Assembly: GCA_000934665.2 (NCBI GenBank)
Contig: JYFJ02000988.1
Span: 1 to 64,000 of the forward strand
Length of the DNA: 64,000 nt
Direction of reading: 5' to 3'
From: Catajapyx aquilonaris
Taxonomy: Eukaryota
Below are positions 15,001 through 29,393 of this stretch, piece by piece. A program made the position numbers and the translations under genes. The stretch's first letter is position 1; the number at the start of each line of letters is the position of its first letter. The notes below the pieces were generated by a model. That model had not been told where the DNA came from. It saw only the letters and a program-made list of their open reading frames with translations, and did not search any database.

Positions 15001-18000
15001 TTTTAAAACCAATTTTGACAGTTTTGTTTTCGTTTCCCTGTATACTGTAGCCTTTTGGAGGCTGCAATGGACATACAGGTCAATGCAGCTCCGATTTTCA
15101 GGATTGTCATTGGAAAGACACCTACAAATAATGAGAAGAGGTCGACCTTTGTCTTGTTCTTATCCTTATCTGCACACTGTATAAAGTAACGCCTGAAGGC
15201 CTTCAACTCACTTCATGGACTGATGGCTAAAATAACAAGCCATTACTTTTCTGGCAGTCTGTACCGGATCAATGAGCACAAACACCGGGGATGTCTGCAT
15301 GATAACTGCATTTTCATGAAAATGGGTGCATACTATTAACATCGTTAGTAGTAATAAAACCGAATCCAAACCATAACAGTACAAACACGGATCATGTGAT
15401 AACGCATCCAACCTTTTTACGGTACTGATTCTGGAACATTGCGAACGCTCAACCGCGAACATATGCTAATCTAATAGCATACGAATTGTTCAATTATAAC
15501 TTCATTTGGCGTGCGTTTTACTTTAAAAGCTGTTGTTTTGAGCCGTTGTATCATATCCCATTTATTAAACTGAGTAAAATGTTCACAATAATGTCTTCAT
15601 AGCAAAATCAATGGTAGCTGGTTCTAAATAAACCCCGCTTGCAAGCTTTTCAACAGTGTAAAATATGCAGCACAGGAGTGAAATGTAATGAAATCCGTTT
15701 ATCCTTACGGAAATGTGGTCTTTTATGAAGTGTACAATTCTCTTGTTAATAATCAGCAATGCAGCAGGAAAATGCTAAAATAAAAAACGGCTCGCACATT
15801 TTATATAACATGTTCACATTTTCCTTTCCGCAGTCTTCATATTATTTACATATCTTCAAGGTCTGCATGGTTGTGAACAGCACAAATACCCTAGAGAGTA
15901 ATTAAGGATGACAGTAATTACTGCTTACCCCGAAAGCAGTTGAAAGAGAAGGAACTTTTTGTCAGCAACATTCAAGAATGCATCTACTTATTGTCGCGAT
16001 TCTTGATTTCTGGAGTGGAATAAACAATCCGTAACATCTCACCCCGCCTTCATTGTTGGACTCTGACATTGGGCAGTGCACCATCACCCTGTATTTTCAC
16101 ACAAGATATAGGGCCAATATTTCAACTGACGGACCCAGTTAATTAGTCTCTAACTCACTAAGCCGAACACATTTTGGCAGCATTTCTATCCAGAGTTTCA
16201 GACAGCGACAGTCGAGAACAAGGGCACCATTTGGGGTGAAATAAATGGTACTTCCGTTACCTAACTGTGAGACCATACATCAACTTCTGCCAAAAAAGCG
16301 GCGAAGAAAGAGAGGAAAAAAGTCGCGTCCTTCAAGCCAAGGAGAAATCGAATGGCTGCGAGAAGGAACGGAGGAGGACAGAGGGGGAAAAAAGGAACGA
16401 AGTCACCCGTATAAAGGGGGAGTGTACCTTGTCCATTTCCAGAATGTGACAATTCAAACTCAACCAGAATGGAAATTGTCTGAGACTCCTTGACCCAAGG
16501 TCCGAAGAGCGAGATTGCTCTTCGTCGAATATCCTATCTGTAGAGGTGACCGCACGCTGGATTTCATCAACAAGGCCTCTCAGGTTTCGAATTTCCCCGA
16601 TGGGTTACAGAAACCTACTATAGAGCTGAAGGAGGTGAATTTGCAAGAGAGGAACTCACCGACACGTTTCATGAAGCAAATTTGCATTCTCTTTTTTTTT
16701 TTCCTTCACCACCACCACGCGACAGAAAAGTTTTCAGAGTTGTTGTTACGACCCTTGAGTTGCGACAGAAATCGAATTTGTGCGGGACGGTGCTGGTGAC
16801 GTTTGTAATTTTCGCTGCCACAATAGCGTTTCTGCATGAAAATTTTCCTTCTGGCACCGCTTACTAGCATTCCTTTTTTTTTTAAAAAAAAATCGCTATT
16901 GTAAACACCAGATGACCCTCCAGCGGTATACCCGAGTTATGCATCGATCCGGAGCTCTCGATGGGCCGTGTAAGTTTACCTCAACCGTTTTAATTTTCAG
17001 CATCTATCCGGAAGAAAATCTGCAAAATGGGGGAAAAAAAGTACTTTCTCAAAAGAAACAGTGCTACATAAAGGACTTTCTGCCCATCATGCACATTCGT
17101 TTGCATCTCGTACACTTGGGAGACGTGAAAATGCTCATTTTTATTCATCTGTCGAAAAGGGAACATTATTATATGACCATTCCCAGATGCATGCCTCTCA
17201 TCATTTGAAAATAATGTATCACATTGCCTGTTGCTTGCAATTTCGAGAGGTACCCTCAAGGGCGTCATAATGCACATAATGTCCCGCCTCCAAGCCGGGA
17301 ATCGAGGCGTGAAAAGTGATCAGTTTTTCCCGGGAAGTCCTGCAAGTCGCAACATAAATTAGAGCGTCCTGATAGGACGTAACGTGACATTAGCATCCCG
17401 GCATCAGGTGGGCTTAGCTATTTAGTAGCCACTAACTGTTAATTTGGGTGCGTATACGCCGCAAGTCTTTGTACACAGGAGTCCAGTAAAATGAGCGCAC
17501 GGAAGCGGGCACACGCAGGCAATTTAATTACACCTTATAAAACGTGTCATTACAGTAGATCTCATGTTTCTTCCTCTTAGCCTCATTTTCTTTCTGCGAA
17601 CGACCCTCCTTACTCCGTACGGGAAGAAAACTTGCGGCACCTCCTATATTTACGGCTCCCTTGCCTAAGTGCTTTTTACAGTGAGCGACTAGTGGCCGGG
17701 CTTTATCTCCCTAGCACAAAGCAGTTAAGAAGAGAGGTAGCAAGCTCATCAACTTTTACTAGACGAAATTAGTAAACATTAAGGCAGGGCTAATAATCAG
17801 CAGGCGGGGCGAGATGGCGAGTTGGAAGGGAAAATGGGAGAAGCAAGGTTCGTGGTTTATTATAAATGCATGTCTTCTAAAATGGGGTCTCTGTGGGTCC
17901 GGAAAAAAAAAGCGCTAGGAAACAGCTACAACCCGCGAGCTGTTTCGACCAAGGCTTGAGTTAATACCCATGGAAATTCTCGCAGCTTTTTCCAGCAGGG

Positions 18001-21000
18001 ACAGATCCCGGGTTACAACCAACTCGATCCTACAGGAGGTTTGCAGGGGTCTCAATATGCGCGCCAGGGTGTTCATTTGGCGCAGGAGGCTTGCCAACAC
18101 GGGCCTTGAACTCGGTATAGGCCACTGGGAATGCTTATTCCTCCAAGATTTTTTTCTTTCTTATTCTTGGCAAATGCGATACTCAACCGGCATGCAAACT
18201 GTTCTACAATTTCACGAACAAAGATTTACCAGTGAGAAAAGGGCAGGTAGGCTTAAAAAGAGGATTACGCTGAAATAAAATGGAAAACACTTTTCGTTCC
18301 TCTGTTGCGGGAAAACTAAGCGCATTCCCCATCCCTATACCCGTAGAAGCCAGTCATCCCCACCTCCATGTATCCTTTCCCAGAGGAGCCCTTGGATTAT
18401 AACGAGTACCGTGAAACTTATCCTGGCACTTAGAAGCAATTCTCCACAGCACTGCTTGCAGGAGATGCCTAACATCCAGGATAGCGCTTGTGAAACACAA
18501 TCAACTTGAAACAAATATCATTAAAATATTATGCATGAATAATGCGTGCTATTAATGTGATTGCTAATCCGATTTTTCGCTTAGTAAGTAATTTATTATT
18601 GCTTTTCTCATTTTCAATCCGACAAAAGCACCAAATGCTTAATCCGGTGCACCTTAATAGCGGTTCAGCATGCACCGCACTGGTAATTAAAGCTCAAGTC
18701 CCGCCGTTTTAAGCCAGGACATGCACAGTTCCAAATATCCACACACTGCATATAATTATCCAAAAAAAAAAAAGCGCAATAATAAAAATTCCTAAACTCC
18801 GGCTAAACTATACACACGAAAACCGCCTCGAACCAGGCTCTCATTTCCCATGCGGCCCAACTCATTTTTTTTAAGCAGGAGAAGAAAAAAAAAATGTAGG
18901 AGGCCTGACCTAACTTCCGGGTCAAAAGGAAGATAAATGGCTGAGGCTGGCCGTATCCTCTGGAGAGACAAGCTTCGTCGAGTTCCCCCCTTTTCGTGTC
19001 CCCTAGGCAAAAGAGCCGGACGGAGTAAGCGGAGACAATAGATTATCGGCTATTGTACTTTCCTCAGTCTCGCCTTCTCGATAATTCAAATTCTGGAGCT
19101 GCCACAAGAAGGAATAAAAAGGAGGAAAGAAAAGGAGATAGGGTTTGGAACCAAAGGCATTTTCTGTGTGTCCCTGGGATGCATTCGGGAAGCTGCAGCA
19201 TTCCCATCCTCCAAGGTTCATCGATGGGAGGCTTTAACCCAAAAGCCAATTTCCAAATCAATAAATCTCCAGGAGTTCTCCCCCGTGGTAGGGTTTACCG
19301 TTCATGTGGCGCTTCGTACTGGCGCCGACCATTCTCTTCTCTCTTTTTTTGTTGTGTTTCGTAACGAGAATTGGGAACACACCAAAAAGAGTTTGCTTTT
19401 ATCCCGAGTATAGCCGCATGCTTTAAAGGCAAACATCCTCGGTTGTGCCAACAATAGTCTCACGAGTCTCGTCAATATTTTACAGTATAGCTATACTCGC
19501 TAAAGTACTCGACGTAGCGTGACCAATTTGGACTAATTAATTCGTTATTCGTATTTGCTATTTTCTATGTTAATTCATGCCAATAATAACTAGCAATATC
19601 ATACGTTGCTGGGAACATTACCATGACCTATTCATAGTATGACTTGCAATATGTATCATAATGAAACAATTTTTTTACGTGTTGACATTTTAAAAATCAC
19701 TGGGTGTCTACTTGTTTGTAGACTAACACAACGTACCCTCCGTCCAATGTCATTTTTTATTCTCCAATATATCGATGGTGATAATATGACGCGGAAAATT
19801 CCTGCAGCTCCGCTCCGTTCGAGTGCCACTGTTGTAACTTGCAATTAACAAAGTTCCACTGCATTAATCACCATGAAAACTGCACGTCGATGGCACTTCA
19901 TGCACAGGCCTCTCCGGTTATCCATCAGCATACCAGTTCAGGGTTGTAAACGTCAATAATAATTTATCGGGACCCTCTCCACCTCAGGAATCTTATACCA
20001 GTAAACTGAAGCCCTCCCTGCGTAAACCTTACATTTTGCAGCTTTCATTATCAGAAGTAGGTCCTCGCCAATTCGGAACCCGAGTCTCGTATAGGCCCCA
20101 ATTTAGTGTCCAACCAAGCGTGTTTGCCCAATTGGAATATCTGCTGGTCTAGGGGAAAACGAGCAACTTCCACGACAACCATGATGCGGGAAAGGGCTAA
20201 AGGCCCGGGGCCCTATAAATATTCCAGGAGTGCAGCGTACCTCCGTCAGAACGCATGGATAATTCATTCCGACTCCCAGGATTTGCTTCCTACCGGTTTT
20301 TGCATTTTTTGGGCTCTTTTTTTATGGTCCAGGTTCATTTCGACTATTTAACAGGGACGAGGGCGGCGCTTCAGGAACGGCTTGTTAAGCTCTGCCTTAT
20401 TAGCGGATAATTGCTGCAAAAAGGAAATTGTTTGGAAAGGAGGGAAAATGCCGGGCCCCCTTTATAATGCATTTCTTGATGGAAACACGAGAAGAGTTTT
20501 CATTAAAAATTAATAACCCGATGGTTGTACATTGTCGGTTTCGCTGACACTGCCACGTAATTTGGAAGGTTCACAAAGGAACATCAGCGGGATATCTTTT
20601 TGCCTCCCCTTTCCTTTCAATATTTAGGACTATTTCAACTCTGACATAAAATATTACTGAGGCACACCGACAGGTGGGTCGGTGACTTCCTTTTGAAATT
20701 ATATACCGTGCAATACATGCAAGATTTTATAGAGCAAATGGACGGTAATAACATGTTGCATTAGGCACTCGATATGAAAGCGATGCCTCACTAGCCAATC
20801 AAAAGGTTGCAGTCTCACCTTGTCATGGTCCAGCCTTGAACCCTGGTCAACTTCAATACTGCACTTAGATTTCACAATGCAGTACATCCTAAGCGCTCGT
20901 TTTATGAAACCATCCAAATTTTTGGAACAAACATTTACCATCTCGCACAATTTCCTCCACGAGTAAGTAAAAATGCATTTAATGGAATCATCCATGTTGA

Positions 21001-24000
21001 TTTATTTCACTTCGGAGTCAAAAATACACTTCTATTCAATCTCATATTAGACTAATTATTTTCTACCCTCCACATAGAAGTGACTATAGTTGAGAGGCAG
21101 GCTTGCTTAATCAAGTGCAGATTAAAGCCTAAATTCTAATAATCAATACGAAACTTTGGCTGTATATTTAAGCTGGTGTACTCTACGGGATGCTAAACTT
21201 TTTTCTCTCTCCTTGATCCTAAGCTTGTAAGTAACTGGGAGTTTTTCTTCATGCTCATATTAAAAATTATCCACAGGACATGACTGCATTACCTGTACAA
21301 AATTTAGACCGCTACTTCTACCTGTAAAAAAAAGGGGGGGAACTAAGGAAAATAATAAGGCCATCCGGTATAGCATGTGACGCCCGGAAGTCTAGAATTC
21401 GTAGTGCACACATTTTGTTGATTACATCAAGCTCCGGTCCTCTAGAAAAGAAAAGGTTCATTTCGCCCATCCACTTAGCCAGGGCCTGCCAAATCGAATG
21501 TGGTGAACTTCGGCCCCCCATGTGCCGTACACGTGATCAACTGCGACGAGCAGCTCCTCCAACTTCGTCATTTGATAGACTCGACAGGAAGAGCTGAAAA
21601 ATGGAAATGCGCCCCTGAGTTGTAATGAGTTTTCAAAAACTTCCTTAGCCCCGACACAAACCTAATTACCGGAGTACTAGGGGGGCCCTCTCCCTACTCT
21701 CCGGATGAGTTGGAAGGAAGGGAAGGTTGCAGCACAGGTGCCGCCAGTTACATGTTCCTGAACCCTGCATTTCGAGCACTAAACTCGCCATTTTCGATCT
21801 GATCAATACTAAACATCACTACAACCCCCTCCAAAAAAAAAAAAAAACCCTTGTAAAAAATTAGGCGGAGCGACACCTCATTACGACTGATTACTACTCC
21901 GGTTCAGCTTCCGTTGACTCAGCGTTTTCCTTTCAATACAAGCCTGGCCCCTTTTCAACGACGAGCGCCGACTCCTCGCAGAGAATTATTCGCAAATGTG
22001 ACTTAATGGATTGCACGCAATTTCAAACAATGCTGATATTCATCGCGATGAACAAGCACAACCTGTGGAAAATTGCGCTCCCGCTTTGCATATACAAGGG
22101 TTCGCTCCCAGGCGCTCTCGGTGCTACACGCCAGCCACTTGCAAATATGGTGCAAAAATTTTCGTTAATAAATATACTCTGGGCCACAAGCGCAAGGGTA
22201 AAAGGTCGCAAGATGCATCAAGTAGCATCCAGTGTTTACGCCTTTACGGCGATAAAAGCATGCAAATTGGATATAAAATGCCACCGATTAAACAAACTAG
22301 AATACTAGATAATTATTTTAGGCTTTTCATATGCCACAAAAAACATTGGACAAAAGTAACATGGCATGACCTTACATCTAAACGGTCGTATAATATGCTG
22401 CCTGACATTTAAAAAACAAACATTTACCATGGGTTCTAACGTGACTGGTGATTGTTGAATTGTTAGTTAATGTTTCCAGGACATGAGTGTCAGAATAAGC
22501 TTAGTGAATGTATAGTTAACTGTACAGAAGCAGTTTCGAGAACAGTCGTTCACCATGTGAAGTAAATAACTGCAATTGATTCGCACCGAGTCTAGCAGTA
22601 TATCATTAATAAGTGATGACATCGATGAAAGTCCCTATATAAAGGAAGTGGTTTGGTGCAATATTTAATCTGCACTTAAATTGTGAAAGCCCGAAACTGC
22701 ATCTAGCCCTTCAAAAAGGGTACAAACTGTATATAAAATCTGGCAAATCACCAACATTTGAAAATGTTAGACGCAGAAGAAAAACCATGGATGTAAAATA
22801 CGCAAATGGTATAGTTCAAGGGAGCTCAATACACACTGATGTATTGTGATAGTTATAGCTAGGCTACAAAAGTTGCATGATTACCTATTACAACCGAGTA
22901 TAATATTTTGCTTGGAGGGATTCACTGCTTCATCTGTAATCGAAAGTTCACTCACCTCACTATAAGGCAAGTGACAAAAAAAAACATGCTGCAACAGTGC
23001 AAATGCCGAGTTTCATTGCATCAAGTACAGTAAATTATTATTGTTCAAAAATCTGAATATGCGAATTCAGCAAATCTGTTCTGAGAATATTGCAGCACGT
23101 CCCATTGTCTGGCTCTTTATCTCGCGGTAAAGGTCGTAGGTCACGTTGCAATCCTTCATCTGCGCGCAAACAGAATGCAAAATTCTAATTAGAGCTTGAG
23201 AAGTGGTATTTTCTCGACAGTTATATCTTCCAAAGTGACGAAAAAGGTGCGAATCTTGTCAACGTGAAACAGTTCCATTTTTTCCTTTCTTTCTTTCTCT
23301 CTCACTCTCGGTGAACAGACAGCATAAAAGATTCCGTCGTGTCGTCAAAAAGATCGATGCTGTCTCCAGGAAGAAGAGACACACCCAGCCACAAATTTTG
23401 ATTTCCATTAGGATAAAACGAAACGTCCTTTCCACGCTTGAGATAACCTCAACTGAAACTCTCAAGTCAGTCATTGTCAGCACAAAAATGGGACCACTTC
23501 TGGCCCACCCCATGAAAAGAAGAAAAGACGAAAAACCCATCCGAGCCGCATCTACCGGTTTTCAGTAACCATTACTTATACCGTTTAGCATAATGAATCC
23601 TCCCACCGTCGCATCGGAGCTAAGTGATACGTCTCTATCAGCAAAAGTGGGAAAAGGATCACTTGGGAAGGACCCATTTCTGGTCTGAGCTTGGTCCGAG
23701 CAAACACTTTGGGCCCCCAGGAGCACTTTTGTGTATTGGTCTCTTGGATGTCCAGATGAGACCACTCCGAGGAGCGCCAGAAAAGCAATAACATGCGTCG
23801 AGTGACCATTAAGGAATCGGAAAGCAATGAAGCGACTGTCAATCCCGGCTCTGTCCGGAGGGGAAGTGGGAACATGCTGGCAAAAAAATATATTTTACCG
23901 AGCTCAAAAGGAGCCTCGCACATCACTGGCCGGGTCCTCTCTTTTTTTGTGTGTGTAAATGGCGCCCAGCACTGTGAAACTCCACTTTCAGAAGTGGCAA

Positions 24001-27000
24001 CACCGCTGTGATGTTCAGGTGGAGCCCAAGGCAACTTATGTGCATCTGCATCAAAGCTACTACGCCATCCACTGCTGTCACATACACAGACCGGATCCGT
24101 GTATATCCTCCTCCAGCAAGCAAACCGTGTGGCGGCTTCTCTATAAGGCTTTTCAAAATTCTCCGATCCTTGCTGCATTTCAAAAAGAGAATATCAATAC
24201 CTCCAGGATACACATGGCCATCCACCATCCCTAAAGGAAATGAGAAGTTAGGTCCGAACCACTGCTTTGGAAAATACCAACAGAGATCGTAATAACGCGT
24301 TTTTATTGCAAAAGACATATTTTTTCTAGCTCTCTGTTGCATCTGTCGGTTGCAACCTGGTCTAGACGGTGGTGGGTTGTCTCAAATTCATATAAGCAAT
24401 CGCGACAACGCCGCATCCGACGGCCGTCCAAAGTCGCGCTCCTACGCTCCAGGAGACGACGAGTGCTGCCCCAGCGTCCTCTACGCCACATCAAAGCAAC
24501 CTGCGAAATGGGCCTCTCCCCTTTTATCCCTAAATGAAACCTTTAATTACATTTTTCTGACGTTCACAGAGCGAAATGACCACGTGCCATCAGCATCCGC
24601 GCTCCTCCTCACTGTCACTTCCAAATGTGACCAGCCTGGGCTCTCCATCAGCCAAGATGGCTACCTACCCTATATTATATTCCGCGCTAACTCTTCGGCT
24701 CTCTGGGATCTCTCCTGAGGTGTGTGAAGGTTCGTAGGGGCGCAGATGGAGATAAACTGCACTGTCCTCCCGATCTCGTGTTTCCCTGACACTGCCCCTT
24801 ATTGAGTTATAGCACTCCCACCGGTACATTGCGGTTTTCCATCACAGAAATATCGGATTTAATTACGGTCACGGATTTTCAATGCCCTCCTGGCCACCTA
24901 CTCTCCTTTCATAAAACTGGGAGAAAAAGAAGGCGATAAATCGTGTCAACAGGTAATATTTCACGTTTTTTTTTTTTTCCTTCAGCATTTTTGTCGATCC
25001 AGTCATCCACCATGAATCAGACGGTGCGTCGTGCGAAATCAATAAGCGTGGCAAGAAATTGGCTCACTACTTTAATGTCTCCGCCACAAATCGTGATTTG
25101 CAGCCCTGATCAGTCCTTTTCGAGCAATTGATTATGTGCGCTAACCTAGCCCAACTTCCTTCGCATATATATAAAAAAATCAATCAAAATCACAAGAATA
25201 CGGTCTGTGGGGGGTAGGTTTTTATCTCCATGGAAGGGCATGCACGACATCTGCTGTTCCCTTGTCATAAACGCCAGGCAATCTAAGCGGGGGCCCCTTA
25301 ATGGGTCAGATCAAAAAGACACGCCACACGCGCCTGTGCCCCACTGGCACATATTCTGGCCTTCTAAGACCCGCCATGCACCGTATTTCAACAGGGTCGC
25401 TGCTCATTACAGCCGGATAATTACAGCAACTCCCTGTAATTTACTAGCGATGCAACAGCACACGTAATAACAGGAGGCTGACCTATCAAAACCAGCCATA
25501 TTCTCCAACATGAAACTGCACCATAATCAGGTATAAACCCAGGTGTTTGCATGGGAATGATCTAAAAATCCATGTTCGCCTAGGAGGAGCACGACCCATG
25601 GCAAGCCCCTCCGATGCAATTAGTATCAATTCCCTGTGAATCCCACAACTCTTGAACCTCCCCAACCCCCCCGGAGCTTCAAAGGCACCCTTTGATTCTA
25701 CCCCCCTTTTCCTTCCTTGGCTAGGTCCTCCTTAGCTGCTCCTAGAAGCCCCTAATTCCCAGCAAATTCCCGGCGGAATCCGGATTCTTCCCTCACTGCC
25801 CACTGGGCAAAGGTGCAGAAAAGGCTTCTGATGATCCATCCTGGAGAGAGGATTTGCAGAGAGACAAGGAGGGTTGCAGCAAAAAAAGAAAGAAGTGGTG
25901 AGTATAGTGGGAGGAGGGGCTCATCAGACAGGAAGCCGCCCTTGCAATCGGCCAATAAAGCATTAGGCGCCGTGGGACTAATGGCAGGGGCCAGGAAACA
26001 AGACGAATCGAAGCCTCCATTGATTTGGCCTGACCCTGCCTGCAAATGTTGAACTCTCGGTCCACGAAGTGAGGGGGGGAAAAAAAGGAATCCGGGAATT
26101 GTCATCTATGGTTTAAACGGTTTTCGCCCGGGTGTGATTGCTGATCGGATTCGCTCACGTGTAGGTATCAATTTCAAATGGCTCGATGGCAATGGGGGAT
26201 TAAATTCCATTATGCAAAGCAGGGGGGCTGCATATTAGTAATTAGTGACCAGTAATAGCGATAATCCTTGCTTTTTTGTAATCGCGACAATAACAACAGT
26301 AGTTTGTAAATTCCGGCAGATTGGTTCTTGCTTCTAAAAGGTTAGCAAACCACCATTTCCACATTTTACGAGCGGCTGCACCACCCTTTTTTTTCACCCC
26401 TCTCCCAATAGTTTCACTCTCTTTGGGCCCCCGGGTAATATTACATTACATCGGATTCACAAATGGGAAGCGCTCATTAGCCACGAAAATTTCATACATT
26501 GCTGTCCGTTACATGTTGAAGTATCCCAGGCGACACTTATCTTATGAGGGCCCCTACAATTTATCGATCAAGCACACCTAACCGATAAGATAACGGCCGT
26601 GTTTCACATTTTCGACACATCAGTGTGCATCCGACATGGTGAAATCAAGGCTGCAATATTACATGAAATCATCCACACTCCATTTATAGCATTCAGTCAC
26701 TTTGAACAACGCTGTTGAAACGATACTGCTGTGACTAAATATTTGCTCTGAGCTACTAGCAGTCTACATTTACTGCGGCGCACTAAAAATATGTGGCAGG
26801 CATTGCAACATTGTCAATATCGCATACGTGACCGGATCCTCTACATGCCTGGAGTTTATCGCCGGAATTGTTGCAATATTGACGCCAAAAATGAATGCTA
26901 CTTCACGTAACAGGTTTTTTTCGACATGCTAATAGAGATTTGCATGGAAGTTATGACTAAATCAGACGCATGTGCTGGACTTGTCGGTTACACGCATACT

Positions 27001-28505
27001 ACTGTACAGTGATGCCACAAAGTCAATGCCAATTGTTGACACTGGAGAATCACATGGAGCTGCATGTGTACTTCAGATTCAGAAGAATTATAGGAAGCCA
27101 GTGTGAACCACAAGCCAAAAACCGAAACCCTACGCCCAACAACAAGCAGTAAATTGTATTTTTTTGCAGAATCTGTTGGTAACGACACATTTCCACGAGG
27201 AGATGATCGCGATCGACTCTCACACAATTGCAAAATGCAACACATTCAAAGCCCACAAGCGGCCAATTTCTGCACATTTTCACCAGGCGGTTAGACACTT
27301 CATCACAAAACAACAATCACAGTGGAGCAAGCACACTGACAGGCGAGCCCCCCCAATCTCCAGTATAGCCAAGGCCAGCTGGCACTGCACACATCACCAT
27401 TGCAAACAACATGTCACATTTGTGCATGTCGCATCCAATCACTGGCTTATTCCAAATGACACCAATGCAACCCAATGACATCAGCATACTGGAACAACAT
27501 GATGACAACTGATGGATTCGAACTTTTGAAATCAAGGCCTTCCATCGTCATGACTTTCTTGCCATCTTACCAATAAATCACTGTAGAAATAAGCAGTTAC
27601 TGGTAAGCAAATTTTAACCACTAGCACTTGAGATAACATTGGTACCTCTGCTGGTCACACGATGCAAATAAACCAATCGCAATGTACGCTACTCCTCATT
27701 GGCTCATGCTGGGGTGCCAATGTTGTCTCTCAAGAAGGCCGTCAACTGCAGTTGGAGCAGACTAGCAGAAACAACTGAGAAACAATCTACTACGGTGGAT
27801 TCACCATACCGATGTACAGTACTTCTGAAGGCCACAACCAGCAACTGTCATGTACTTTGATAAGCCCTCTATTCAGCCTGAGTGACCAAGAATCAACGAG
27901 ACTGTACCAGAACCTCAGCGGGCTCATTCATACAGCACCACTGGTCGTGGTCTGGCCCATTATTTGGTTTCTCCAAAACAGAACCAGCCAATCCAGAATG
28001 TTGATCATCCAATGTCATGTTTGAACAGGACCATTCGCATGGCATCAAAAAAGTACTCTAATAACGCTTTCACTCTCAACATTTAAAACAACCAAATCAC
28101 GATCCTCACGTTGACATGCAATAAAATGTCATGTCCTACGGTTGGCAGCAGTGAACCACGACCAGTTGCCTCAGTCAGATGTAAATGAACCCAACAGCAT
28201 TATCATTATTTTAATGTCAATTTCTCCTTAAATTCCACAAAGTGACAGCAGGTGTTGACAGGTCTTATCAGCCTGACCTCTTCAAGTGACACACAACTAG
28301 GCACAGTATTGCCAACCGCATGCCATGCTGTTGGTACCGCTGCTGGTGGTGGTGCCAACAGTATCCAGCCTTTTTTTGCTGTTGGCAACGCTGCCCATAG
28401 TGGACCGGTTCCAGAACGGGTCCGGTCTTTTTTCCCCTCGTGTGCACATGGACCGATGGTTGTCATTCTGTCGTTCTGGGCCCGATGCACAGGGACACTA
28501 CTCAC

Positions 28506-28676
28506 CAGGTGCAGCACGGTGTTGACGACCTCGTGGTTGGCCACCTGCCCCACTTCGACCAACCCGATGAGCACGGCCACCTTCAGGTTGTCGTTGATGG
28601 CCGCCTTGACCACCTCCTCTGGCCTCTTGAGGTCCAGCCCGCCCGGGTCCACCCCGGGGCAGGCCACGCCCGACAT
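28506..28676 (-). CDS. rg: Neurobeachin/rugose (BEACH-domain AKAP), first coding exon (57 aa); gene continues leftwards beyond the window
   Basis: Translates [57 protein letters not shown], matching the neurobeachin/LRBA/rugose N-terminal motif (KRP.E.V....[26 protein letters not shown]). ATG in GGCC-ATG context. Ends at a phase-0 GTGAGT donor exactly before the expected LVGGEF. Confidence 0.9.
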
Positions 28677-28813
28677 GGCCCTCCCCCCTTTTGAGAAACC
28701 AAAAGAGACAAAAACCGAGCACAGCACAGGGACAGACACCGATCAGAAGCCGACTTGTCACGGGAAGATATCCGTATGCCGCACACCGTCTTCGGCCATA
28801 TTGCCCACTGACT

Positions 28814-28854
28814 GGGGAGGGGGAGGAGGGGAAGGGGAAAGGGGGAAGGGGGGG
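28814..28854 (+). other. Pure purine G-run tract (G-quadruplex/H-DNA potential) in the rugose 5' region
   Basis: GGGGAGGGGGAGGAGGGGAAGGGGAAAGGGGGAAGGGGGGG: six runs of 4 or more G, no pyrimidines. Confidence 0.6.
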
Positions 28855-29393
28855 CATGGAATAGAACGGACTACTCTAATCAAACAAGCAGAACTGCACA
28901 AACGGATGTTCCACACAAAATATTTAAACCCACACTAAAAATTGGGCCTGAATTTTCAACTTCAATTTCGACCATCTTTATACGCACTTCTGAGCGGCAT
29001 TGTTGTATTGACTGCGGTTGTAGGGATCCGAGCGGTGTTGCCGGATTTAACCCGCGGATTGTTAAATGTTGAAGTTGCACGGCATGGTTGGCTGCACGGG
29101 GATAATTATGATTTGTAGGGGGATTGTTGTTTAATTTGGATGCGTAAATTTGAGGGGATGGGGCGTCAGAGCGTGGACGGCTGGAATTAGGACGGTTCGG
29201 GCTGGTTTTTATGGAAGCAGAGCTACTTGTTTACGGGGTGGAGTCACTTATTATGAATTCGGTACGGTACCGTATATAATTATGTAGCACTTAAACAACA
29301 ACAAATGCAAATAATCAACTAATTTATGCAAGCCACAATATTACGTAGTCCGCAGTGACTTGTATGAAGTGTAACAACTCTAAACTTGCCCAT

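Noticed and set aside
23585..24718. Cluster of overlapping 60-197 aa ORFs, a TGGCGCCCA PBS-like word and possible minus-strand acceptors
   Set aside because: No recognisable domain, LTR pair or consistent exon structure; explained by locally higher GC.
28252..28938. 228-aa plus-strand ORF
   Set aside because: Antisense shadow of the GC-rich rugose exon; non-ATG start and no homology recognised.
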